From an uncultured virus (IMG/VR IMGVR_UViG_3300029305_005254) (taxonomy: Duplodnaviria > Heunggongvirae > Uroviricota > Caudoviricetes): a DNA stretch of 25,728 bases. Position 1 is the stretch's first letter. Every line of letters begins with the position of its first letter. The notes under the pieces are model-generated. The model worked only from the letters and a program-made list of their open reading frames with translations. It had not been told where the DNA came from and did no database searches. Both the position numbers and the translations under genes were made by a program. Of the stretch, positions 1-10,525 are shown piece by piece. The stretch is from the IMG/VR virus record IMGVR_UViG_3300029305_005254; one strand, given 5' to 3'.

Positions 1-976
1 CAGAGTGTTCACCATCTAAATGTTTACTTGCAACTAAACCTACAAAGCTGGATAGATATTCCTGATATTCTATAAAGTCTTTCTCGTTAAAATAACAAAC
101 CCTTAAAGATGAGAATTCTACAGGGTTAATCACCTTTACCATCTCTTTTACAAGATTCTTCTGGGCATCCCTACAAGATAAATCTAGGTTACCCCTTCCC
201 AACATAAAATCTACTACTTCTGACTCTCTATTAAATCTTAACATAGCATTTATTGCTGGAGAAAATTTAAAATCTACATAGTTTCTATCCATTTTAGGTA
301 AACCAAAACCATAATCTATCTCACCCATTGTTCCATCTATAAGATACTTTATGTACCCTTTGTATTTAATTGTGTAAGTTTTATACAAATAGCTTTCTGC
401 TAACGGGTTCTCTATATCTCTTATATCAGATAGTAAGGTAATGCCTACCAAAGCTCTGTTTTCATCTGTGTCAAACTCTGGGTCTAACTGAATTAGGGTC
501 TCAAATACAACACCTGCCCCACTTAAATACCTACTATCCTCGTCTTCAAAAGGATATTGGTTATTTATAACTATTCCTCTTGTACCATAATCTGAAAGAT
601 AGTCTATAAAATCTTGTCTGTTATGGTGGTGATCCATACTCACTATATTAACACCTGCGTCACATAACTCTATTATTTTATCAATAGTTATAATAAAATC
701 AACTGCTATAATATCTCTACCACTAACTGCCTCTGTAGGTAAAGACCAATCGTGACTTCTATTACTATTTATGTAATAACTATATTTAATTCCGTGCTTT
801 GCTAAATACCTGCAAACAAGTACTCCTGCTATACAACCATCTACATCTGGGTCAAAATAAACTATAACATCACGAAAAGAGTGGATTAAGTCCTTAAGAC
901 TTGAATCCACCCCTCTAAAGATGTGGTTTTTTGTTTCACCTCTAGGTGTTAATTGTACCTTTCTAGGACTTAACAT
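1..976 (-). CDS. recJ: RecJ-like DHH-family ssDNA exonuclease (3' end runs off the window)
   Basis: Not in the ORF track; translated by hand from ATG at 976 (TAATG overlap with the upstream stop): MLSPRKVQL...VIVYFDPDVDGCIAG...IIAVD...SMDHHH...YLSGAGVVF...LVGITLLSD...FSPAINAMLR...FVGLVASK. These match the RecJ/DHH motifs DxDxDG, D, DHH, SGAGV and GxxxD. Confidence 0.88.
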   Translation of the reverse strand, partial: MLSPRKVQLTPRGETKNHIFRGVDSSLKDLIHSFRDVIVYFDPDVDGCIAGVLVCRYLAKHGIKYSYYINSNRSHDWSLPTEAVSGRDIIAVDFIITIDKIIELCDAGVNIVSMDHHHNRQDFIDYLSDYGTRGIVINNQYPFEDEDSRYLSGAGVVFETLIQLDPEFDTDENRALVGITLLSDIRDIENPLAESYLYKTYTIKYKGYIKYLIDGTMGEIDYGFGLPKMDRNYVDFKFSPAINAMLRFNRESEVVDFMLGRGNLDLSCRDAQKNLVKEMVKVINPVEFSSLRVCYFNEKDFIEYQEYLSSFVGLVASKHLDGEHS

Positions 977-1824
977 TAATTTCCTCCACTTAATGCTGCA
1001 ACTGCTTTAAGGAAATTAGCTGCTCCAACACTTGCTTCCTCTAAAGCTTCCTGTGCCTCTTTATCAGCTTTTTCCTTAGCTTCTCTCTCTTCTTTTTCTC
1101 TTATCTCATCAAGATACTTCTGACGGGCTTCCTGTCTTCTTTGCTCCATAGCCTCAACTTTAGCTTTACGCTCTTCAACAACTTTTCTTGCCTTATCTAA
1201 CCCTGTGGAATCTATCATTATATCCTTAATAGGCTTCTTAGCTGTGAAGTTAGTTTCATCTTCCATTAACACACATACTGCACAAAGAACATCTTTATTG
1301 TAAACATAACCTGTGTCCTTATCAGTATATAACTTCTCTGTAAAACCATTAAGCTTCTTGCTATCAAACTTTAAAAGCTTCTTCCCTGCAAAATTAACAT
1401 TATTACATCTCTGCATAGGAGTGCCATCAAAGCAACATACCCCTGCAACTAAACAAGCTAATACACAATCATCATCAAGATTAATAAATCTTACATCTGC
1501 CTCTATACCCTCATAGAAAGCCAATTCCTTACATAATACTATAATTAATGGGTTCTCTTCAGTATCCTGAATCATTTTGTAGGTGATATTACCTTTTCTT
1601 CCTGTAGGCTTACCTACTCTATATGTAGTATCTAACTTATCTGGCTCTACTACTAAACCATTTAAGAAAAGATTCTTCTCTGTAGAATTAGAATCTACAT
1701 TAACAACCTTACCATCGCTAGTTAAAGCTAAAAAGCCTTCACTAACATCCTCTCTTGAAATAGTTACCTTACCATTATTATAGGATTTCATATAATCCTT
1801 ACCTAACATATTGCAAAAATACAT
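976..1824 (-). CDS. hypothetical protein with charged C-terminal coiled coil
   Basis: 282-aa ORF, AGGAGG RBS upstream of ATG, E/K/R-rich helical tail. Confidence 0.8.
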   Translation of the reverse strand: MYFCNMLGKDYMKSYNNGKVTISREDVSEGFLALTSDGKVVNVDSNSTEKNLFLNGLVVEPDKLDTTYRVGKPTGRKGNITYKMIQDTEENPLIIVLCKELAFYEGIEADVRFINLDDDCVLACLVAGVCCFDGTPMQRCNNVNFAGKKLLKFDSKKLNGFTEKLYTDKDTGYVYNKDVLCAVCVLMEDETNFTAKKPIKDIMIDSTGLDKARKVVEERKAKVEAMEQRRQEARQKYLDEIREKEEREAKEKADKEAQEALEEASVGAANFLKAVAALSGGN

Positions 1825-1856
1825 ATCGGTTACCTCCTAAACTTTTGTATACTGTA

Positions 1857-1865
1857 AGTATAACA
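1857..1865 (-). promoter_or_regulatory. extended -10 promoter element TGTTATACT
   Basis: TGn-TATACT about 30 nt upstream of the 976..1824 start; same motif at 21509 and 23024. Confidence 0.5.
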
Positions 1866-1898
1866 TATTTCAAAATCTAATAAAACTCCTTCACATTT

Positions 1899-2777
1899 CT
1901 AATGTGATTTTTTCATAAACCTACCACTAATTTTTCTTCCACTGTTTAATTCAGCTTCATATATAACATCCTCCATTTCCTGAGGAGTGGTAGCCTTTAA
2001 TAAAAGATTTATATCAACCTTAGCCTTGTAACCCTCTACTAAAATCTTTAAGCAATCTGTGGAATACTTATAACTCTCTCCTTGCTTCTGCTGTAACTTG
2101 CTGATATCAATCCCATTTTTAGCCATAAGAATTAACAACTTTATTCTTTCTGATTCGTCATTAGTATTAACATTATTCTTAATAGCTTTCCAACAATCCT
2201 CACTTAAATCTAGGTTATTGTAGAAACATTCAACTACAGATAAATTATAAGAATTCTTAAGGAGAAACTCACAATCCTTGCCTGCCTTTTCTATTTGAAC
2301 ACATAATTCTAAATATCTGGCTGGTAATGAACTACCCATTGATAAAAACTTTGTCATATCAACTCCTGAACGCAAACCCTTATCAAAAACCTCTAAAAGT
2401 CTCTTTGGAATCAACTCTACTCTTACCTTAGAAAAATCTACTCCATCCTTTACCCAATTTAGTACATAACTTGTATGTTCATCACTTAGGCTTACAGATA
2501 ATACCTTAGAAAAGTGACTAAGGTTCACACCCTTCTTCTTAAGCATTCTAACCTGATATAAAAGTTCTCCACTCATATTGAATAACTGTGAACTTAAATT
2601 CTCCTTCATTGCTAACCTTATTTGGTCTAACTTATAAGGGTTAGATTTTGCAATGTAATCTCCAATATCAACCCCATCCATCAAGGCACTACGAACAACA
2701 TCTTGAATATCAACTGAGAAATCTTTTAGAACTTCTCTGAAGTTATTGCAGTTCAAATCTTTACCATTGTATTTCAA
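1899..2777 (-). CDS. hypothetical protein with degenerate helical repeats (x-G-V/I-D-hydrophobic)
   Basis: 292-aa ORF, TTG start with AGGAG RBS; recurring segments MDGVDI, KGVNL, DGVDF, SGVDM, NGIDI, AKVDI. Confidence 0.75.
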   Translation of the reverse strand: MKYNGKDLNCNNFREVLKDFSVDIQDVVRSALMDGVDIGDYIAKSNPYKLDQIRLAMKENLSSQLFNMSGELLYQVRMLKKKGVNLSHFSKVLSVSLSDEHTSYVLNWVKDGVDFSKVRVELIPKRLLEVFDKGLRSGVDMTKFLSMGSSLPARYLELCVQIEKAGKDCEFLLKNSYNLSVVECFYNNLDLSEDCWKAIKNNVNTNDESERIKLLILMAKNGIDISKLQQKQGESYKYSTDCLKILVEGYKAKVDINLLLKATTPQEMEDVIYEAELNSGRKISGRFMKKSH

Positions 2778-3610
2778 AATAACTCCTCCTTATGCATACC
2801 ACCTTGAGTAAATTCTTTAAGAACAACTCTTAGTTGATTTTCTTGTACTCTATACATTTTATCTATTTTTACTATACCAAAATAACCTTTAGTTGCTTCT
2901 ACACTCTTCACAACTAACTCACATATAGTCTTTTTATAAGAAGAAATCTCCTCTGTTGTACAAGTCTTAGGTATTTTTAAATTAACTACAAGAACAGATT
3001 CATCTGAAATTAAATCTTTTTCTCTCACAAAATGTGGTATATCTGATATAAGATAAGGACACTCGATACCAAACATAATTCTAGGAGATATATTCTCTGC
3101 AACATAAACAGTAATAGCTTTGGAGACTCTTACTAAGTATTCTTCAAAATCAAGATTCTCTTCTAGCTCAATAAGATTGTTAAATCTACATCTTCCTGCT
3201 ATAATTCGCTCCTGACTACCCATATGTAAGTTTTCTCTTACTATGCTAGATAAACTACCTTTGCCTTGTCTAAATCTGTATTTTATCTTACTTTCTGTAC
3301 CATAACAGTGAATACCTCTGTATATAGAAGATACTTGGTTATATACAGATAACCCATTTATAAGATTCTCTTTCTTATCTTCTACAAACTTTAAGACTAA
3401 CTGGTAGTTAGTAACACCTAAACTTACCCACTGATAAACTAAATCTCCTTCCTTAAAACTATCTTTAAAATTAGTGTTAAGTACTCTTATCTTTAATTTA
3501 CCCTTAGAGTCAAAGAAATATATTTTATTTTCTTCAACATCTAACCTTATAACCTCATAAGCATACTCTTTCTTAAAAGAAAAACCTTTTACAAAACTAA
3601 TCTCTCTCAT
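2774..3610 (-). CDS. hypothetical protein
   Basis: ORF track gives 2774..3634; more likely start is ATG at 3610 (MREISF), coupled to the helicase stop via TAATG with GGAG upstream. Confidence 0.72.
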   Translation of the reverse strand: MREISFVKGFSFKKEYAYEVIRLDVEENKIYFFDSKGKLKIRVLNTNFKDSFKEGDLVYQWVSLGVTNYQLVLKFVEDKKENLINGLSVYNQVSSIYRGIHCYGTESKIKYRFRQGKGSLSSIVRENLHMGSQERIIAGRCRFNNLIELEENLDFEEYLVRVSKAITVYVAENISPRIMFGIECPYLISDIPHFVREKDLISDESVLVVNLKIPKTCTTEEISSYKKTICELVVKSVEATKGYFGIVKIDKMYRVQENQLRVVLKEFTQGGMHKEELF

Positions 3611-5844
3611 TATTCTCCGTCGTCTCCTCCCCAAAACTCATTATCATCTATAAAAGGTACTAAACCTTCCATATAAGTCTCAGTCTCTTTCTCTATTACA
3701 TCTATATTTACAGGCTCATCATTTGCAAATTTCTTAAACTCTTCAAGGTTTTTATCTCTTTCCATATCTTTCTTGATAACACCCATCACAGCACCTGAAT
3801 CAAAATTCATACTCTCTGCACTTGATAAATCCATCTCATCTATAAACATACCTGGCTTATTTTTAAGATACACCAATGTGCAAAGCTGCTTGGCACGTGT
3901 ACAAGCAATATAATGTACTCTTCTCTCTTCTTCTATTGCAAGTTCGCCTTCATCTGCTGCATTTCTCTGAGGAAAGACATCTTCTGAATCATTCCACACA
4001 TAAACACTATCAGCTTCCTTACCCTTAAATTCGTGTACTGTTGCAATCTGAACATTTACACCCTTCTTCTTCTTACGAGCCTTTAACCTTTCATTTATAT
4101 CTTCAAGCTCATATAAGAAATCATCAACATAGTCATAATTAAAGTATTCTAACAAGGCTTCTACAGATGATATAACAGAACGCATTACTGAATTAAATTG
4201 AGTATCTTTATCAAATACATTTATTCTATAATCCTGTAGTATGAGTCTTAAAGCTTGTACATCACCCATCTTCTCTCGCCAATCTCTCCACTTCAATACT
4301 CTTTTGGCTATATCTGGACAAGAATAAGATAAATCTTTTGCATCTATATCCCATATACTAAGCTTATTGCTTTTACAAACCTTCATAAGATTATTTACAC
4401 TGTACTCATCCCAAGTTAATAACTTTAAAGCATTCTTAACTGGCTGGGAACTTTTCTCTGTGAATAGTCTTACTATGGATAGAACTGTTCTACCTATGTA
4501 AGAATCTAAAGTCATACCCTCTCCTGATATTGAGAATGAAAAGTTATTTAGCTTGTCAAGTATTAATGCTGGCATTAAACCATCTGAATTTACTCTACAT
4601 AATACTGCGACAGACCTACCATTCTTTACATCATTGTAGATACAATCACTTAACATAGAAATCATACTTGAATAAGAACCCATAGGTGCTACTCTAACCT
4701 TACCACCCTCTGAACTTGAAGATAACTCCTTATCAAAACGGTTCTTATTTTCCTTTATACTAGGAACAATAGCCTTTAATATATCACTAGGGCATCTAAA
4801 ATTAATAGATAAATTATTTATCTCAGGGTTAAAGTCCTCTGAGAAACGCTTAGTAATAATTGAATTATCACTACCCCTCCAAGAGTATATGGTCTGGTCA
4901 TCATCACCAATAGCAACAACCTGCTTACAACCAATGGCATATACCTTCAACAACTCGTATTGAATTTGAGATGTATCCTGAAACTCATCTATGTATATGA
5001 AACTATATCTGTTAGAGAGAAAATCTATCACTTCCTGATTATTTTTTCTATAACACTCAGTATATAGCATTTCCTGTAGGTCTTCAAAGTCACACTTCTT
5101 TAATTGTTTACGCTCAAGTGCCCATTCGAATAATATTGCATCTACCAATGTTCTAGTTATACCTAAATCATCATAAATATCAGAAATATATCTAGTCTCA
5201 TCTAAAACATTTCTAGTTCTAGTTAAAGCACTTTCTAAATTTCTTATATCTTCTGCATTTAAAGGCTTGCCTTTACCATTTACTAATTGAAAAGGCTTTA
5301 TTACCTTTTTAAGTAAATTGGTATTATCTGTATCCGATATTATATTTGTACTAACACCCATAGCATTAAGGGCTCTCTTAAATTCAGCATGTAATGTGCT
5401 AAATTGAATTGAACCTGAAGTGTCTACCTGGTGTAAAGTACTCTGCCATCTCTTTAATGCCCATTCTAACTCATCAGCACCTGACTTTAAGAAAGTAGAA
5501 ACCCATATTTTATCTGGAACTCTTACTTTATTACCATTTACTTCTATTACTTTAGTAGACCAACCTGTTTTTAAGTCATATATAATCTTAAATATTAAGG
5601 ATGTGGTTTTACCACTTCCTGCACAGGATATAATAAGCTGATTACCCCTTGTTTTTAACACAATTTCCATTTGAGATAAATCAAAACCACACTCTTTTAT
5701 GTCATTTAACATAATCTCTGAGGGTTTAAGCTTTTTTATTTCCTCTTTAGGTTTATTATCCGAAACCTTGGTGCTTACACTACCTCTGAAATTCAATAAA
5801 TCTTCAAATATTCCATTACTTTCCAACACTACACCAACTTTCAT
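3610..5844 (-). CDS. uvrD: UvrD/PcrA/Rep family SF1A DNA helicase
   Basis: Motifs: I AGSGKTT, II YIDEFQD, III IGDDDQTIYSWRG, IV NFR, V TVHEFKGKE, VI EEERRVHYIACTRAK. Confidence 0.95.
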   Translation of the reverse strand: MKVGVVLESNGIFEDLLNFRGSVSTKVSDNKPKEEIKKLKPSEIMLNDIKECGFDLSQMEIVLKTRGNQLIISCAGSGKTTSLIFKIIYDLKTGWSTKVIEVNGNKVRVPDKIWVSTFLKSGADELEWALKRWQSTLHQVDTSGSIQFSTLHAEFKRALNAMGVSTNIISDTDNTNLLKKVIKPFQLVNGKGKPLNAEDIRNLESALTRTRNVLDETRYISDIYDDLGITRTLVDAILFEWALERKQLKKCDFEDLQEMLYTECYRKNNQEVIDFLSNRYSFIYIDEFQDTSQIQYELLKVYAIGCKQVVAIGDDDQTIYSWRGSDNSIITKRFSEDFNPEINNLSINFRCPSDILKAIVPSIKENKNRFDKELSSSSEGGKVRVAPMGSYSSMISMLSDCIYNDVKNGRSVAVLCRVNSDGLMPALILDKLNNFSFSISGEGMTLDSYIGRTVLSIVRLFTEKSSQPVKNALKLLTWDEYSVNNLMKVCKSNKLSIWDIDAKDLSYSCPDIAKRVLKWRDWREKMGDVQALRLILQDYRINVFDKDTQFNSVMRSVISSVEALLEYFNYDYVDDFLYELEDINERLKARKKKKGVNVQIATVHEFKGKEADSVYVWNDSEDVFPQRNAADEGELAIEEERRVHYIACTRAKQLCTLVYLKNKPGMFIDEMDLSSAESMNFDSGAVMGVIKKDMERDKNLEEFKKFANDEPVNIDVIEKETETYMEGLVPFIDDNEFWGGDDGE

Positions 5845-6007
5845 TTTTCTAAATTTATTGTTTATTTTTCTAGATATATTTAAACCTTTTTATTGTAAAT
5901 AGTTTATATACTACTTACAATAAACAAATCTAAATAATAATTCTAAAAATATTCTACACAATTCTATTTTAAACCAATCTAATTCAAAATACAACCATCT
6001 TGGTTCT

Positions 6008-7201
6008 TTAATTAATTTCTCCGTACCTATCCCACAATAAGTCATCTCCATTATTATACATATCTTTGTATAAAAATCTGTCAAACTCTACCTCAAATTG
6101 GCACAATAACCAATATATAGCATCAATCTGACTCATCTCCACATAATCAGTATTTCCATCAACTGTTATCTTCTTTGTAACATTTCCTGACTTATCTATT
6201 TTATCTAAAAACATACTCTCTTCTACTGAGAAATAATTTCTTATACCCATTGATGTTAAAGAAACATTCTTTTGATAAGACCTTACCTTAAAGTCTAATA
6301 AATCACTAAAGTACATACGCTTATCTTCAGGGATATCATAATAATCATCTACAATTTCTTCTTTTGTTTTATATAAAGGAAATACTGTCATATGTATATC
6401 ATCTTTATCAACACCATCTAATCTTACAAGAGTAGCACTTACTATTCTTCCTATAGGATTAGCTTCACACATACCCTTTCTTTCCCATAAGATATACATT
6501 CCACCCTCTAACATTCCTTCCTTTTCCATAAAACCTATCTTCTCAGACCAAGACCAAAGCTTGTTTCTACCCCCTGCTATTCCGTTGTTACAGAATATAG
6601 AATAGTCTAAATCAACAGAATACTCAGAAAAGTTTATCTCTAACTGTACATAATCATTAAACCACTCTAAAGATTTAGAGCAAGATAAAAGATTTATGTA
6701 TAGGTAAGTAGATGCTACTTTCTGCCTGTCGGATATAATTATCTTTAAAGGTTTATCTTTTAAGACACCTATACTTCTTGATACTATATAATACCCTACT
6801 AAATGCATAATTGTATTACCCATTTCGTAATTCTTTGTGAACTCTGTAGGGTAAGGAGTACAAGAGTTATAAATTAAATCAAAATCCCATTCATAATTTA
6901 CATCTGCCTCCCTGAATATGCAACCTTCCATTTCTTTCAAACAATCTGTGTTTAAATATACCTTAGGTACATCTAAATCCTCTTCAACAGTAAAACCTTC
7001 AATCTTAATAGCACCTATATGTATTAAATACCTAAAATAACTTAGCATATCCGGTGGAGTTATATCTTTCTCTATAGACATAGTAGTCATATCAAGAGAA
7101 TCTCCTCTTCTGTAACACTCCCTCGCTATTACTAGTGCAAGATATAATTCAGAATAAGACTCAAAATGCCTTCTTTTGAAAATATTTTCACAAATCAACA
7201 T
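6008..7201 (-). CDS. hypothetical protein
   Basis: 397-aa ORF, GGAGG RBS, starts 1 nt after the upstream gene's stop; no recognised motif. Confidence 0.8.
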   Translation of the reverse strand: MLICENIFKRRHFESYSELYLALVIARECYRRGDSLDMTTMSIEKDITPPDMLSYFRYLIHIGAIKIEGFTVEEDLDVPKVYLNTDCLKEMEGCIFREADVNYEWDFDLIYNSCTPYPTEFTKNYEMGNTIMHLVGYYIVSRSIGVLKDKPLKIIISDRQKVASTYLYINLLSCSKSLEWFNDYVQLEINFSEYSVDLDYSIFCNNGIAGGRNKLWSWSEKIGFMEKEGMLEGGMYILWERKGMCEANPIGRIVSATLVRLDGVDKDDIHMTVFPLYKTKEEIVDDYYDIPEDKRMYFSDLLDFKVRSYQKNVSLTSMGIRNYFSVEESMFLDKIDKSGNVTKKITVDGNTDYVEMSQIDAIYWLLCQFEVEFDRFLYKDMYNNGDDLLWDRYGEIN

Positions 7202-7202
7202 A

Positions 7203-7832
7203 TTATTCTACCCCTCCTTCTATGTAACTAATAATATTATATAAATCGCTATTAAAAGGTCTTTCACCTTCTACACTACTAATTAAATAACCCAACTTAT
7301 CTTTGTTAAGTTTATTTAACTCCTCACTAATAGCTTTGAAATTATACCTAGCAAGAAAACCTATCTCCCTCTTGCAATCCTGTATGCTAAAAGAAACATT
7401 ATCTGAAACACTTTCACCATAATCCCTTACCATCATTAAAACATCTAATGGTAAAAGCTTTGATAAATAATCCCCCTTGCATAAAATGGTAGCTAACTTC
7501 ATTCTTCTTTGCAATTCTTGTTTATTGTCCTTAAAATTTACGAACAATTCAAAGAAATCATCTCCAAACATACCATATAATATGTTAGATAAATTTCTTT
7601 TATGAGTTCGAATAGTTCCTTCCTCAACAGATAATTTCATTGCAATAGAGAGGTCATTGTAACCTTCTAAACATAAGTCTACAAGTTCCTTAGCATACTT
7701 ATAATTAGTGTAATTACAATCTGTTAAAAAAGATTTTAATTGTAACCAAAACTCGCCCATCTCACGATTTCTTTCTTTAGCTACAACCCCTTTTAAATCT
7801 CTCATTTCTTTGTAAAAATTTTTCTTATACAT
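7203..7832 (-). CDS. putative DNA-binding protein with LuxR/sigma-region-4-like HTH
   Basis: Segment LCLEGYNDLSIAMKLSVEEGTIRTHKRNL resembles the LuxR-type HTH pattern (GxxxxxIAxxLxxxxxTV/IxxHxxN); GAGGTGA RBS. Confidence 0.62.
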   Translation of the reverse strand: MYKKNFYKEMRDLKGVVAKERNREMGEFWLQLKSFLTDCNYTNYKYAKELVDLCLEGYNDLSIAMKLSVEEGTIRTHKRNLSNILYGMFGDDFFELFVNFKDNKQELQRRMKLATILCKGDYLSKLLPLDVLMMVRDYGESVSDNVSFSIQDCKREIGFLARYNFKAISEELNKLNKDKLGYLISSVEGERPFNSDLYNIISYIEGGVE

Positions 7833-8051
7833 TACTGATACTCACCTCGTTTTTATAATTCTATTTTCTCCTAAAACAATTCTAAAATTTAATTATCTTA
7901 TTTATACTAAAAACTTAATATAAATTTTAACATATTTAAATATTTTTTACAATATCTCTTAAACCTATTTAACATAAAAGAGATAAGTAATATTATTTAT
8001 ATAATCTTAAAAGATAAAAAATCTACAACATCTTTAAACATACTAAAAATT

Positions 8052-8226
8052 TTAAACATTTAAATTAAACATTTATAAATCCAACACTACTCCCACAACC
8101 CCACAAAATTCTTAAAACCCACGAAAATACAACAAAAATCAGCCTAAAATTCGTTGAAATACAAAATGTATAAAAAATTTAAACATTTATTTTAAACATT
8201 TATAAATATAAAATTTTAAACATTTA
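8052..8226. repeat. five direct repeats of TTAAACATTTA in an AT-rich intergenic region (iteron/operator-like)
   Basis: Exact copies at 8052, 8065, 8179, 8192, 8216; partial copy at 8034. Confidence 0.7.
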
Positions 8227-8587
8227 TTGGTTTTAATTAGATATATTAAACCTTCTATAAAATAAAAACCATTCTAAATTTTATTAGAGAGAAAATACTT
8301 GTTTAAGATAGATATTTTGTAAAAAACAATTTAATTTATAAATCCTAACTTAAAATTTAACCAACAACATTATCATTTAAATTGTTACTTTTACAACTAA
8401 AATATTCTCGGTGAATATATCTCAATTTATATTAAAACTTAAATTTAAATAGCATCTTATACTACAAACTCTTGCTAATTAAATATAAAATACATTTCTA
8501 ATTTCTAAAAGGCTAAATTGTATTTCTAATGAAAACACACTTAAATTTAATTAATTTCATTATAATTCTAAATTTATACATATAATT

Positions 8588-8621
8588 AAAGGCAGAACAT
8601 TTCTTAGTTCTGCCTTCTTTT
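8588..8621 (-). terminator. intrinsic terminator-like hairpin
   Basis: AAGGCAGAAC (8589-8598) / GTTCTGCCTT (8607-8616) just after the stop of 8627..9025. Confidence 0.7.
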
Positions 8622-8626
8622 ACCCC

Positions 8627-9025
8627 CTAAGCACTAGCACCCATTAAAAATAAGGTTTCTCTCATATTATCAAACAATTCTTCTTTTTCTTCACCCTCAA
8701 CTATAGCATCTAATACAGAAAACAAAAGTTTTCTTCTCTTAGATTTACTTAACTTATTCTTATAACCTACAAAAAGTATTGTTTTGTTATCTTCGTTGCA
8801 AACATCTTTAGGTAACTTATTTGCATTCGACTCATTCGTTACATAAAATTGCCAAGTATCAGCTAATATAACACCTGTACTATTTGAATCTAAAACAGAA
8901 TCAACATTCTTATCCTTTCTATAGATTACAGTAGCTTCTTCCTTAGTGTGTAAATATTCAGCAACCTCTTCAACACTTAAATCGTTGCTACAAATTATTA
9001 TACCCTTGTTGTAAGTTCTTAACAT
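8627..9025 (-). CDS. hypothetical protein
   Basis: 132-aa ORF with GGAGGAG RBS. Confidence 0.75.
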   Translation of the reverse strand: MLRTYNKGIIICSNDLSVEEVAEYLHTKEEATVIYRKDKNVDSVLDSNSTGVILADTWQFYVTNESNANKLPKDVCNEDNKTILFVGYKNKLSKSKRRKLLFSVLDAIVEGEEKEELFDNMRETLFLMGASA

Positions 9026-9229
9026 AAAGCATCTCCTCCCAAATATTATAAAAATAATAGTCTTAAGTTTTTAACTAATTATTACACTGCATATAAATGT
9101 AGTACAACATCCATATCTTTGTAATACCTAACTTAAAACAATTTTATACTATTTTAAGCAAAATTACAACTCAAATGAAGAAATAAAACTGAATACTCCA
9201 AGACTAACCCACACCTTTATTTTTGATTT

Positions 9230-9286
9230 AAAATAAAATAAAAATTTCCCTTTTAAGATAAAACTTTATAATCTTAAAAGGGAAAT
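9230..9286 (-). terminator. intrinsic terminator-like hairpin (16-bp perfect stem)
   Basis: ATTTCCCTTTTAAGAT (9244-9259) / ATCTTAAAAGGGAAAT (9271-9286), followed by a T-rich tract on the minus strand. Confidence 0.65.
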
Positions 9287-9322
9287 ACCACTTATACTAT
9301 ATAATACTATGTTAATCCTATA

Positions 9323-9958
9323 CTATATACTATTAACATACTCGCTTTTGCATTCTTCTGATAAAACTTGTTTTGTAACAAACATAAGTTTTCTTAAGTA
9401 ACTATCTATCTTCAACTTATTCCATCTATAATACTCTCTTGAATTACCTTTTATATTTCTTAAAAGCATCATTGAATAATAGCACCTTGATATATCAGGA
9501 TATAATAACATATCATTACAACAAAATACACCTCTTATACCCCTTATTGCTTCTGTAGTAAATGAACACTGAACACTTGTTGTAACTTTGTTAGCTGCTT
9601 CTAATACAAACCTACTATCGTCACTTTCTTCTAGAGCATAATCTGAGTATCTATCATAATCTGATAAGACACACTTGGTTCTGTCTACATCAATGTACAT
9701 AGCGACATATCCTTTATTTAAATAGTTTTTCACCATACTCTCGTCTGGATTAGCTACCCAACCCCATAGACAACCTTCTCCATATGACATATAAGGATTC
9801 TTCTTCTTAAGTCTGTTTATTATTATGCTATATGCCTTAGTAAATCTTACTGAAGAATAAGCAAAAGGTGATTTGCTTAAATCTACTGTATATTCTCCTT
9901 TTAATATTTTTGATACTACTTCCCTTTTCTGAAATGTTAATATAAGCATATTTTTCAC
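9323..9958 (-). CDS. hypothetical protein, possibly DUF3841-like
   Basis: 211-aa ORF, GTG start with AAAGGA RBS; LWGW and VLSDYDRY resemble DUF3841 motifs as recalled (not verified). Confidence 0.65.
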   Translation of the reverse strand: MKNMLILTFQKREVVSKILKGEYTVDLSKSPFAYSSVRFTKAYSIIINRLKKKNPYMSYGEGCLWGWVANPDESMVKNYLNKGYVAMYIDVDRTKCVLSDYDRYSDYALEESDDSRFVLEAANKVTTSVQCSFTTEAIRGIRGVFCCNDMLLYPDISRCYYSMMLLRNIKGNSREYYRWNKLKIDSYLRKLMFVTKQVLSEECKSEYVNSI

Positions 9959-9994
9959 GTCCTTTCATTATTTGGTAATAATATCTTTCCTTGT

Positions 9995-10522
9995 TTAAAA
10001 ACCTAAATCATCTTTTAATATCTTAGCTTCCGCTAATAATCTGCTATATTCCTTGATGTGTAAACTATTATAACCTACTATTGGAGTTTTTTCTCCTTCT
10101 TTGTAGAATATATTCTTTATCAATATTCCCTTATTATTTAACTTTTCTATTTCTCTTAAGGATAAATCCTCTGTAACACCTTCTCCTTTTCTTAATATTT
10201 TAAACTTTACTAACTTTTTCTTTATAGAACAACCCCAATCAGAGTCTACTACCTCCCCTGTCTTTACCTTTAAAAGTAACTCTAAACTATTTACTAAACC
10301 AAGTCCTTTACTCTGCTTTATTATTAGAAAATCTATTACAGACTTTTCTGACATATCAATCTTAGCATATTTTATAGGTATAAAATATTCTTTACCCCTA
10401 CTTAGATAGTAAGTACCTTTACATATTATTTTACTATTGTGATAATTTTGAAGAGTTTCCAATCGACTCCATATCTTTTTAAGTTTAGTATTTTCAACAT
10501 CTTCTATTTCACACTTTTTCAT
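9995..10522 (-). CDS. hypothetical basic protein
   Basis: 175-aa lysine-rich ORF with GGAGG RBS. Confidence 0.72.
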   Translation of the reverse strand: MKKCEIEDVENTKLKKIWSRLETLQNYHNSKIICKGTYYLSRGKEYFIPIKYAKIDMSEKSVIDFLIIKQSKGLGLVNSLELLLKVKTGEVVDSDWGCSIKKKLVKFKILRKGEGVTEDLSLREIEKLNNKGILIKNIFYKEGEKTPIVGYNSLHIKEYSRLLAEAKILKDDLGF

Positions 10523-10525
10523 TTG

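Noticed and set aside
8010..8027. 12/18 match to composite guide GGTCATAAA+AAATCTTCG
   Set aside because: The match is mostly an A-run in extremely AT-rich DNA and is expected by chance.
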